Part shown: in pieces, positions 1 to 6,747 of the stretch
Layout: the number at the start of each line of letters is the position of its first letter
Numbering within the stretch: the first letter of the stretch is position 1
Assembly (NCBI GenBank): GCA_052386995.1
Contig: JBQTJP010000223.1
Span: 1-13,206 of the forward strand
DNA length: 13,206 nucleotides
Reading direction: 5' to 3'
From: Armatimonadota bacterium
GTDB lineage: Bacteria; Sysuimicrobiota; Sysuimicrobiia; Sysuimicrobiales; Humicultoraceae
Program-made: the position numbers and the translations under genes
The notes under the pieces: model-generated
Told to the model about the DNA's origin: nothing
Databases searched by the model: none
What the model saw: only the letters and a program-made list of their open reading frames with translations

Positions 1-2
1 TC

Positions 3-326
3 CGCTTCCAGCAGCAGCTCGAGCGGAAGGACCGGATCATCGTCGGCGTCAACGACTTCGTGGCCGAGGAGGAGCCGGCGATTCCAACCCTCAAGATCGA
101 TCCGGAGGTGGAGCGGCGCCAGATCGAGCGTACCCGGCGCGTCCGGGCGGAGCGCGATGGCAGCGTCGTCGAGCGCCGGCTGGCCGGCCTGCGCCGCGCC
201 GCCGAGGGATCCGAAAACACCATGGATCATATCCTCGAGTGCGTCAGGGCCTATGCCACCCTCGGCGAGATCTGCGGCATGCTGAAAAAGGTCTACGGCG
301 AGTACCGCGAGCCCGCCATCATCTAG
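3..326 (+). CDS. Methylmalonyl-CoA mutase family, substrate-binding (large) subunit, 3' end only (5'-truncated by window)
   Basis: Frame is open from position 3: RFQQQLERKDRIIVGVNDF...ENTMDHILECVRAYATLGEICGMLKKVYGEYREPAII*. IVGVN and ATLGEI..L..V.GEY are typical of the end of split acyl-CoA mutase large subunits. The partner B12-binding gene is at 2079. Confidence 0.92.
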   Translation, partial: RFQQQLERKDRIIVGVNDFVAEEEPAIPTLKIDPEVERRQIERTRRVRAERDGSVVERRLAGLRRAAEGSENTMDHILECVRAYATLGEICGMLKKVYGEYREPAII

Positions 327-360
327 CAAGAAGAGTGCTGTAGTCTTCCCGGTGTCATCG

Positions 361-1179
361 ATGAGCGAGGCTGTCACGCAAGCGTTCGCGGAAGTAAACG
401 GCGCGCGCCTCTACTATGAGGTGGCGGGTCAGGGTCCTGCGCTGGTGCTCATCCATGCCGGCATCGCCGACTGTCGCATGTGGGACGAGCAGGTCGCTGC
501 CTTCGCGCCGCGTTACAAGGTCATCCGATATGACAACCGGGGTTTTGGTAAGTCGAAGATGTCGCACGAATCATTTTCCGTCTTAGAAGACTTGTACCAA
601 CTCCTGCGGTTTCTGGACGTCGATCGGGCGAATGTTCTGGGACTTTCGATGGGGGGCAGCATCGCACTCAGTTTCACAGTCGAGCATCCCGAGATGGTCG
701 CCTCGCTGATCCCGGTCGCATCGGGCCTGCGGGGTTATCAGGTCTCTGAGGAAGTCCAGCGACGCCGATCTCGCCTCGATGCGGCCGTGGCGACCGGGGA
801 TGCCTCGAAAGTCGTGGATCTTATGACAGAGGTGTGGGTTGATGGAATGGGAGGCCACGCTGAGCCAACGGTACGCGAACGAGCCAGGAAGCTCATCGAA
901 GGAAACTCTGGGTTCTTTTTCCTGAAGGGCATTCCCCATCACGATCCGCCGTGGAAGACCATCGACCGGATCGCTGAGATCCGGGTCCCGACGCTGGTCG
1001 TCGTCGGCGATCGGGACCAGCCCGACATCCTGGCGATCTCCGACCTGCTTCACGCACGCATTCGCGGAGCCCGCAAGGTTGTCATTCCAGACGCCGCACA
1101 TCTGGTCAACATGGAGCAGGCGGAGGCATTGAACCGAGCCGTGCTCGGGTTCCTGTCGGGGATAGGGGCGCGCGCCTGA
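361..1179 (+). CDS. Alpha/beta fold hydrolase (enol-lactonase/esterase-like)
   Basis: LVLIHAG oxyanion region, YDNRGFGKS, nucleophile elbow GLSMGG, acid in VVGDRD, His in AAHLVNME. Start is uncertain (GTG 352 or ATG 361); no clear Shine-Dalgarno. Confidence 0.9.
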   Translation: MSEAVTQAFAEVNGARLYYEVAGQGPALVLIHAGIADCRMWDEQVAAFAPRYKVIRYDNRGFGKSKMSHESFSVLEDLYQLLRFLDVDRANVLGLSMGGSIALSFTVEHPEMVASLIPVASGLRGYQVSEEVQRRRSRLDAAVATGDASKVVDLMTEVWVDGMGGHAEPTVRERARKLIEGNSGFFFLKGIPHHDPPWKTIDRIAEIRVPTLVVVGDRDQPDILAISDLLHARIRGARKVVIPDAAHLVNMEQAEALNRAVLGFLSGIGARA

Positions 1180-1206
1180 CCGTTTGACCTTCCCGGCTGC
1201 GGTTCC

Positions 1207-1296
1207 GCGTTCACGGCGCACGTCACAACTGGACGAGACACCGTGGCTGCCTGAGGGGCTTTCTACGGCGAGTACCGCGAGCCTGCGATTGCTTAG
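1207..1296 (+). repeat. Decayed duplicate of the mutase 3' end (copy 1 at about 241-326)
   Basis: 1262-1283 TCTACGGCGAGTACCGCGAGCC is identical to 292-313. The copy reads FYGEYREPAIA* versus VYGEYREPAII*, with the TAG at the equivalent position. Weaker gapped similarity extends upstream to about 1207. Confidence 0.85.
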
Positions 1297-1430
1297 ACTG
1301 GGCTCCCACAAACGATCTCCGTTGGGCCGATGACCGTCTTGAGGTGGATCCAGTCTGCACGCTTCAGGCGGAGGATGCCGCGGGTGCCGTCACGCTCAGG
1401 CTTCGGGCGGACACGTATCCGGAAGCTGCG

Positions 1431-1439
1431 TGATACAAT
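1431..1439 (+). promoter_or_regulatory. Putative extended -10 promoter for the Uma2 gene
   Basis: TGATACAAT (TGn-TACAAT) upstream of SD AGGAGG (1455-1460) and ATG 1468; no good -35. Confidence 0.5.
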
Positions 1440-1467
1440 CGACGCACATCCATCAGGAGGGCTCGCC

Positions 1468-2031
1468 ATGGCCATCAGCCTCAGGCTGGCTGCACCGCCG
1501 AGCGACGCAGAGATCGCGGAGCTGTCGCAGCGGAACCCGGGATTTCAGTTCGAGCGCAACGCAGCGGGGGAACTGATCGTGACTCCTGCGAGCAGCGAGG
1601 GGGGCCGGCGAGAGGCGGTACTGGTGGCGCAACTGAGCCGTTGGGCTGATGACCACGGCGGTGTTGTGTTCGGCCCTTCGGCCGGCTTCCGGCTCCCTGA
1701 TGGTTCGCTGTTTGCGCCGGACGCGTCGTGGATGCCGAAGGCGCGCTGGGGGAGCCTCACGCCCGAGCAACGGGACGACTTTGCACGTCTCTGCCCCGAC
1801 GCGGTCTTCGAAGTTGCCTCGAAAAGTGATACAGTGAAGGACCTGCGCGCCAAAATGCGGACATACCTTGCAAATGGAGCACGGCTGGCCGTGCTGGTCG
1901 ACCCGCAGCACCAAGCCGTCGAAGTCTATCTGCCGGATCGCGACGTGCAGGTGTCTGGATCGTCCGCCCTCGTGCCGCTCGACCCCGTTCTCCCGGGGTT
2001 CGTGCTGGATCCGGCGCCGATCTTCGGGTAA
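1468..2031 (+). CDS. Uma2/DUF820 family putative restriction-endonuclease-fold protein
   Basis: [76 protein letters not shown] 7 nt before ATG 1468, so the 1330 start is probably too far upstream. Confidence 0.92.
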   Translation: MAISLRLAAPPSDAEIAELSQRNPGFQFERNAAGELIVTPASSEGGRREAVLVAQLSRWADDHGGVVFGPSAGFRLPDGSLFAPDASWMPKARWGSLTPEQRDDFARLCPDAVFEVASKSDTVKDLRAKMRTYLANGARLAVLVDPQHQAVEVYLPDRDVQVSGSSALVPLDPVLPGFVLDPAPIFG

Positions 2032-2041
2032 ATCGCCTCTA

Positions 2042-2071
2042 TTGCGGGCGCCTGCGGGCGGGCGCTACTAT
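2042..2071 (+). promoter_or_regulatory. Putative sigma70 promoter giving a leaderless transcript
   Basis: TTGCGG (2042-2047), 18 nt, TACTAT (2066-2071), 7 nt, ATG 2079; no SD before the ATG. Confidence 0.6.
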
Positions 2072-2078
2072 CGAGTCA

Positions 2079-2489
2079 ATGGCCCGTGCCTTGCGCATCC
2101 TGCTGGCCAAGCCCGGACTCGACGGCCACGATCGGGGCATCAAGGTGGTCGCGCGCGCGCTCCGTGACGCTGGGTGCGAGGTCATCTATACCGGTCTCCA
2201 CCAGACACCGGAGATGATCGTGAACGCGGCGATTCAAGAAGATGTCGACGCCATCGGACTGTCGATCCTTTCGGGTGCGCACAACGTGCTCTTTCCGCGC
2301 ATCACGGCGCTGCTGCGCGAGCGCGGCGTGACCGACATGCCGACGTTTGGCGGGGGGATCATCCCCGAAGAAGACATCCCGGGGTTGCAGGCGGCGGGCA
2401 TCACGAAGATCTTTATACCCGGAGCCTCGCTGGAGGAGATCGTCCGATGGGTGCAGGAGAACGTTCGTCCGCGCGGACTCGCGGCGTGA
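2079..2489 (+). CDS. Cobalamin-binding subunit of methylmalonyl-CoA-type mutase
   Basis: [11 protein letters not shown] (DxHxxG base-off/His-on motif), [15 protein letters not shown]; 136 aa stand-alone domain. Confidence 0.96.
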   Translation: MARALRILLAKPGLDGHDRGIKVVARALRDAGCEVIYTGLHQTPEMIVNAAIQEDVDAIGLSILSGAHNVLFPRITALLRERGVTDMPTFGGGIIPEEDIPGLQAAGITKIFIPGASLEEIVRWVQENVRPRGLAA

Positions 2490-2535
2490 GCATCCTGACC
2501 ATCCGCTTCGCGGGTCCGGCGAGCGCGGGCTGGTG

Positions 2536-3423
2536 ATGCGTGCGGGGACGTTTTCCGCCGGTGATCCTGTTCTCCTCATCGACCGCAAGCAGCGGACCTA
2601 CCTGATCTGGCTGACACCGGGGGGCGCCTACGACCTGCGTGGTGGCCGGATTTCCCACGACCATCTGATCGACCTCTCGGAGGGCAGCACGGTCGAGACC
2701 TCACGGGGTGAGCCCCTGCTGGCCCTGCGTCCGACGCTGGCCGACTATGTGTTGGCGATGCCTCGCGGCGCGCAGGTGATCTATCCCAAAGACCTGGCCA
2801 CGATTCTGCTGCTCGCCGATATCTATCCCGGCGCGACGGTCGTCGAGGCCGGAACCGGCTCTGGAGCGCTGACCATGGCGCTTGTGCGCGCTGTAGGGCC
2901 ACATGGGCGGGTCTTCTCATACGAGGTGCGGGAGGAGTTCCTGCGGGGCGCGGCGCGCAACATCGTGCGGTATCTGGGCGAGACGCCCACGCTCACCCTG
3001 CGCCTGCACGACATCGCCACAGGCATTCCTGATGGACCCGCGGACCGCATTGTCCTTGACCTGCCCGAGCCGTGGCGCGTGGTGCCGCCCGTGCTTGCGG
3101 CGCTGCGAGGAGGCGGCGTGCTGCTCGCCTACCTGCCGACGACGGTGCAGGTCTCTCAGATCGTGGAGTCGTTTCGGTCGAGCCGCGGCTTCGCGCTCAT
3201 CGAGACGGTTGAGACCCTGCAGCGCCCGTGGCACATCGAAGGGCAGAGCGTGCGCCCTGCGCACCGCATGGTGGCACACACCGGATTCCTTGTCGCGGCG
3301 CGGCGGGTGGCGCCCGGCCGTGTGCCCGAAGACGCCCCGGCCGTTTCGTTGACAGCCGCGGAGCGTATGAGTATAGTCGAACAGGACGAGACCAACGGGG
3401 AGGCCCCGCGTGGCCAACGTTGA
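2536..3423 (+). CDS. trmI: tRNA (adenine58-N1)-methyltransferase
   Basis: RPTLADYVLAMPRGAQVIYPKD, SAM motif VVEAGTGSGALT, SYEVREEF, VLDLPEPW, VRPAHRMVAHTGFL. Start is ATG 2536 or GTG 2533; the 2347 start would overlap the upstream gene. Confidence 0.95.
   Translation: MRAGTFSAGDPVLLIDRKQRTYLIWLTPGGAYDLRGGRISHDHLIDLSEGSTVETSRGEPLLALRPTLADYVLAMPRGAQVIYPKDLATILLLADIYPGATVVEAGTGSGALTMALVRAVGPHGRVFSYEVREEFLRGAARNIVRYLGETPTLTLRLHDIATGIPDGPADRIVLDLPEPWRVVPPVLAALRGGGVLLAYLPTTVQVSQIVESFRSSRGFALIETVETLQRPWHIEGQSVRPAHRMVAHTGFLVAARRVAPGRVPEDAPAVSLTAAERMSIVEQDETNGEAPRGQR
3349..3377 (+). promoter_or_regulatory. Near-consensus sigma70 promoter inside the trmI 3' tail
   Basis: TTGACA (3349-3354), 17 nt, TATAGT (3372-3377), followed by SD GGGGAGG (3397-3403) and GTG 3410. 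Confidence 0.8.
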
Positions 3424-3853
3424 AGCGTCGACGCTGATCCGCGCTCCCCTCGATCGTGTCTACGCGCTGGCCAAGGACGTCGAACGGTTCCCCCAGTTCA
3501 TGCCGGATCTGGAGAGCGTTACAGTCCTCGAGCGTTTGCCGGGGGGCACCGTGACGCAGTGGGTCGGAGTGGTCCAGGGTCGGAAGATCCGTTGGATCGA
3601 AGAAGACGAGTGGGACGATACCGGGCACACGTGCACGTTCAGGCAGCGGTCGGGCGACTTCAGCCGGTATCAGGGTTCCTGGACGTTTGAGGCCGTACCC
3701 GACGGCACGCGTACCCGGCTGGTCGTGGACTACGAGCTGGATATCCCCCTGGCAGGTCCGCTGTTGAGCACGCTGGTGAAGGTCCTCATGCGCAAGAACT
3801 GCGAGAGCATGCTGGCGGCACTCAAAGGGCAACTCGAACCCGTATCAACCTGA
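3410..3853 (+). CDS. SRPBCC/START-fold protein (polyketide cyclase/dehydrase, CoQ-binding-like)
   Basis: IRAPLDRVYALAKDVERFPQFMPDLESVTVLE, GDFSRYQGSWTFE, C-terminal helix; 147 aa; strong SD. Confidence 0.9.
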   Translation: MANVEASTLIRAPLDRVYALAKDVERFPQFMPDLESVTVLERLPGGTVTQWVGVVQGRKIRWIEEDEWDDTGHTCTFRQRSGDFSRYQGSWTFEAVPDGTRTRLVVDYELDIPLAGPLLSTLVKVLMRKNCESMLAALKGQLEPVST

Positions 3854-3868
3854 CCCCGGAGGTGAACG

Positions 3869-4015
3869 ATGCTGATCTGGCTGCACACATGGTTGCGCCT
3901 GGCCGTTGGCAAGACCCTGCGCGATGAGCGGGGGCAAGCGGAGTTGATTGTCGTCCTGCTCCTGATTTTCATCATCTACCTGATCTCGACCGGCAGACGC
4001 GTCGTCGTCCAGTAG
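3869..4015 (+). CDS. 48-aa single-TM peptide with a prepilin-like (class III signal) leader; not in the ORF track
   Basis: SD GGAGGTG at 3858-3864, ATG 3869, TAG 4013-4015. Translation: MLIWLHTWLRLAVGKTLRDERG-QAELIVVLLLIFIIYLISTGRRVVVQ. GC-rich third codon positions match the host genes. Confidence 0.75.
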   Translation: MLIWLHTWLRLAVGKTLRDERGQAELIVVLLLIFIIYLISTGRRVVVQ

Positions 4016-4144
4016 GCAACTCCACGCGCCGGAGCGTGGTGTCGCTTCCTCTCCCCGCACCGTTGGCGGGCGAGAAAATCGACATCCCCCGGCGGAGACT
4101 ATATGGATGAGCCACGGCCAGCGGGCCGCTTCGGGGAGAGGTCG

Positions 4145-5260
4145 ATGACCCCGCGCACGGTCACTGTGATTCCCATCGCCCGGCCGCAGATCGGCGAGGA
4201 GGAACGGCGGCAGGTCCTAGAAGTCTTGACGTCAGGCGCGCTGGTTGCGGGGCGCCGGGTCAAGGCGTTCGAGGAAGCGTTCGCCGGCTACCTCGGCGTT
4301 CCGCATGCCGTGGCGACGTCGTCGGGCAGCGCCGCGCTCCAGGTGGCCATGCTGGCGTTGGGTATTGGACGTGGCGATCGCGTTGTCACCACGCCGTTCA
4401 CGTTTGCGGGTACGAGCAATGCCATCATCCACGCGGGCGCGCAGCCGGTCTTTGTCGACGTTGACCCCGCCACCGGCGACCTCGATCCCGCCGCGGTCGA
4501 AGCAGTACTTCGTGCCGGCGGCGCGCGGGCGATCCTCATCGTCCACCTCTACGGCCTGCCGGCCGATGCACCGGCCTTTCGGCGCCTGGCCGACCAGTAC
4601 GGGGCCCTCCTCATCGAGGACTGCGCCCAGGCCCACGGGGCTGCGATCGAGGACCGGCGCGTCGGCACGTTCGGGGACGTCGGCATCTTCAGTTTCTACC
4701 CGACGAAGAACATGACCACCGGTGAGGGCGGCATGGTTGTGACCGGCGATGAGCGCGTCGCGCGCCGAGCCCGTCTGTTGGTCGATCCGCGCGGCGACGA
4801 GGAGTATGCCCACGAAGTCGTGGGGTTCAACTACCGGCTCACCGAGATCGCCGGGGCAATTGGCCTCGTTCAGCTTCAGCACCTGGAGGCCCGCAACGAA
4901 CGACGGCGTGAACACGCCCGCCGGCTCACGCAGGGACTCCGGGCCCTGCCGTGGCTGCACGTGCCCACCGAGCCCTCTGGATATCGGCACGTCTATCATC
5001 AGTACACGGTACGAGTGCCACGCAACCGCGATGGGCTGGCCAGGCACCTCGAGGCCGCCGGCGTGGGCTGCCGCGTGTACTACCCGACGCTCGTCCCTCA
5101 CACCCCGGCATACAGCCGCCTCGGTTTTGCCGGCAGCTATCCCCACGCCGAGGCGCTGACGCGCCAGGTGCTCTCACTCCCGGTCCATCCGGCGCTCACC
5201 GCCGACGATCTCGAGACGATCGTCGCCGCCGTGCGCTTGGCGCCCGGGATGGAGCGATGA
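4145..5260 (+). CDS. DegT/DnrJ/EryC1/StrS PLP-dependent nucleotide-sugar aminotransferase
   Basis: IPIARPQIG, SSGSAAL, TTPFTF, VHLYG, IEDCAQAHGA, FSFYPTKNMTTGEGG (PLP lysine), GFNYR, LSLPVHP. SD GGGGAGAGG precedes ATG 4145; ATG 4103 is an alternative start. Confidence 0.95.
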   Translation: MTPRTVTVIPIARPQIGEEERRQVLEVLTSGALVAGRRVKAFEEAFAGYLGVPHAVATSSGSAALQVAMLALGIGRGDRVVTTPFTFAGTSNAIIHAGAQPVFVDVDPATGDLDPAAVEAVLRAGGARAILIVHLYGLPADAPAFRRLADQYGALLIEDCAQAHGAAIEDRRVGTFGDVGIFSFYPTKNMTTGEGGMVVTGDERVARRARLLVDPRGDEEYAHEVVGFNYRLTEIAGAIGLVQLQHLEARNERRREHARRLTQGLRALPWLHVPTEPSGYRHVYHQYTVRVPRNRDGLARHLEAAGVGCRVYYPTLVPHTPAYSRLGFAGSYPHAEALTRQVLSLPVHPALTADDLETIVAAVRLAPGMER

Positions 5261-6192
5261 GCCAGCAGCCGCTGCGCGTCGGCGTCATCGGGCTCGGCCA
5301 ATGGGGCCGGCATCACGCGCGCGTGTTTGCGTCGCTCCCCGGCGTGGATCTGGTTGGAGTCGTCGATCGCGACGCACGGGAGGCCCGGGCGGCCGCCCTG
5401 CGTCACGCGACGACGGGCCACACCGAGCATCGCGCGCTGATCGGCATGGTCGACGCCGTCAGCGTCGTCGTGCCCACGGTGCTCCATTACGAGGTGGCGC
5501 GAGACTTTCTCGACGCCGGCGTGCACGTGCTGCTCGAAAAACCGATGACCGCCACCGTTGAGGAAGCGGAGCGGCTGGTCGAGTTGAGCGCCCGCCGCGC
5601 CACGGTGATGCTCGTCGGGCATGTGGAGCGCTTCAAACCCGCCGTGCAGCGCCTGCGTCAGGTCGCGTCCGAACCCCTGCACATCCAGGCGCGGCGAGTG
5701 CGTCCGTTCGATCCGCGTCGGGTCATGGACGTCGGCGTCGTCCTTGACCTGATGATCCACGACATCGACATCGTGCTCTCGCTCGTTCCGGGCCGGGTGG
5801 TGGAGGTCGGCGGCGTGGGCGTGCGGGTGCACAACAGCCACGAGGATCTGGCCGTCGCGCACCTGACCCTCGAGAGTGGCTGCCGCGTGACGCTCACCGC
5901 CAGCCGGGTGTCGGCCGTGAAGGCCGTGGACATGGACATCACGACACCTGATCGGGCCATCCACCTGGATTTCCTGCACGAGATCATCAGCATGCGGCAC
6001 TTCAACGGTGAGCATCAACGGCTCGTCCTGGAAGGGGATGAACCGCTGCGCGCCGAGCTCATGCACTTCGTTGCGTGCGTGCGTGGGGAGGACCGGCCTC
6101 TCGTCTCAGCGGAGGACGGCTGTCTGGCGCTGGAAGTGACCCACCGCCTGCTCCGAAACCTGATCGGGATCAGCCCGCGCGTCCCGGCATGA
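5257..6192 (+). CDS. Gfo/Idh/MocA NAD-dependent oxidoreductase (GnnA/WbpB-like nucleotide-sugar 3-dehydrogenase)
   Basis: VGVIGLGQWG Rossmann motif, HVLLEKPM, VGHVERF, DVGVVLDLMIHDIDI, TASRVS. ATGA overlap with the DegT stop. Substrate is inferred from the pairing with DegT. Confidence 0.9.
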   Translation: MSQQPLRVGVIGLGQWGRHHARVFASLPGVDLVGVVDRDAREARAAALRHATTGHTEHRALIGMVDAVSVVVPTVLHYEVARDFLDAGVHVLLEKPMTATVEEAERLVELSARRATVMLVGHVERFKPAVQRLRQVASEPLHIQARRVRPFDPRRVMDVGVVLDLMIHDIDIVLSLVPGRVVEVGGVGVRVHNSHEDLAVAHLTLESGCRVTLTASRVSAVKAVDMDITTPDRAIHLDFLHEIISMRHFNGEHQRLVLEGDEPLRAELMHFVACVRGEDRPLVSAEDGCLALEVTHRLLRNLIGISPRVPA

Positions 6193-6205
6193 GACGCCCG
6201 CCGGG

Positions 6206-6439
6206 CTAGGGCCGGACGACCACACAGACCGACACGGACTTCACGCCTTCGATCGCTCCGATCTCCCGGCTGATTCCCGCGAACCCCTTCGTCGAGTCCT
6301 CCCGCACGATGGCGAGCACGTCAACTTCGCCCATTGTCACGGCCGCCTCAGCGACGCCCTGAACGCGGCGGACCCTGCGCGCGACTTCCGCGGGCGTGCT
6401 GCGCACCAACCGGATGAGCACGTAGGCCGTTTCGGTCAT
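6206..6439 (-). CDS. Stand-alone Lrp/AsnC ligand-binding domain protein (no HTH)
   Basis: TAYVLIRL...RVQGVAEAAVTMGEVDVLAIV...IGAIEGVKSVSVCVV, 77 aa from ATG 6439; ATG 6490 is an alternative start. Confidence 0.8.
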   Translation of the reverse strand: MTETAYVLIRLVRSTPAEVARRVRRVQGVAEAAVTMGEVDVLAIVREDSTKGFAGISREIGAIEGVKSVSVCVVVRP

Positions 6440-6516
6440 CAGTGATGCCCAGGAAGTTCGGTAGGAGGTCGTCCTCTCCTCCGAGGTCATCCCCCACGAG
6501 CTGGACCTGCGGGCAC

Positions 6517-6545
6517 TTGCCGCGCGACGCGTGGCAGCGTATTAT
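6517..6545 (+). promoter_or_regulatory. Sigma70 promoter of the thiamine operon
   Basis: TTGCCG (6517-6522), 17 nt, TATTAT (6540-6545), about 20 nt upstream of the riboswitch. Confidence 0.7.
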
Positions 6546-6563
6546 CGACTGCAGAATCGCATA

Positions 6564-6688
6564 GTGCCCTGGGGGAGCTCGTGTAGGCGGGCTGAGAGGG
6601 CGAACCGACCGACCGGACGCGTCAGCGTCTGGCAATTCGCCGACCCCGTTGGACCCGATCCAGGTAATACTGGCGTGGGGAATGGCTG
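6564..6688 (+). ncRNA. TPP riboswitch (THI element)
   Basis: GGGG-AG-C...GGCTGAGAG, P3 region GGCGAA/TTCGCC enclosing hairpin CCGGACGC/GCGTCTGG, then GACCCC, then GGACCCGATCCAGGTAATACTGGCGTGGGGA matching the consensus ACCUGAU-P5(UAAU)-GCGUAGGGA. Lies directly upstream of thiamine genes. Confidence 0.96.
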
Positions 6689-6694
6689 GGGCGC

Positions 6695-6727
6695 ACCGCC
6701 ACCTGGTCGGATGGCGGTTTTTGTATT
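6695..6727 (+). terminator. Intrinsic terminator, riboswitch expression platform
   Basis: Stem ACCGCCA / TGGCGGT followed by TTTTGTATT, between the aptamer and the thiW SD (GGAGG 6738-6742). Confidence 0.85.
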
Positions 6728-6747
6728 GGGCCGCCCCGGAGGACACG

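Noticed and set aside
341..354. TAGTCT as a -10 for a leaderless hydrolase transcript from GTG 352
   Set aside because: Only 5 nt spacing and no convincing -35; too weak to call.
1330..1467. Arg-rich N-terminal extension of Uma2 resembling a signal peptide
   Set aside because: An extended -10 and AGGAGG lie inside it, pointing to ATG 1468.
1468..2031. Uma2 gene as an anti-phage defence system
   Set aside because: Single gene from an often multi-copy family; no methylase, toxin or other defence partner nearby.
3730..4060. Minus-strand ORFs 3730-3975 and 3845-4060
   Set aside because: Better explained as antisense to the SRPBCC gene and the SD-supported 48-aa plus-strand ORF.
4232..6066. Long antisense ORFs (4232-5146, 5137-6066) opposite DegT and Gfo
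   Set aside because: Shadow ORFs expected from high-GC codon bias; no recognisable motifs, and they fully overlap confident genes.
3410..6192. Aromatic polyketide or aminoglycoside biosynthetic cluster (cyclase-like gene plus DegT)
   Set aside because: No ketosynthase, ACP, glycosyltransferase, exporter or resistance gene in the window.
6649..6747. N-terminal extension of ThiW in the ORF track
   Set aside because: It runs through the TPP aptamer and terminator; the SD-supported start is 6748.
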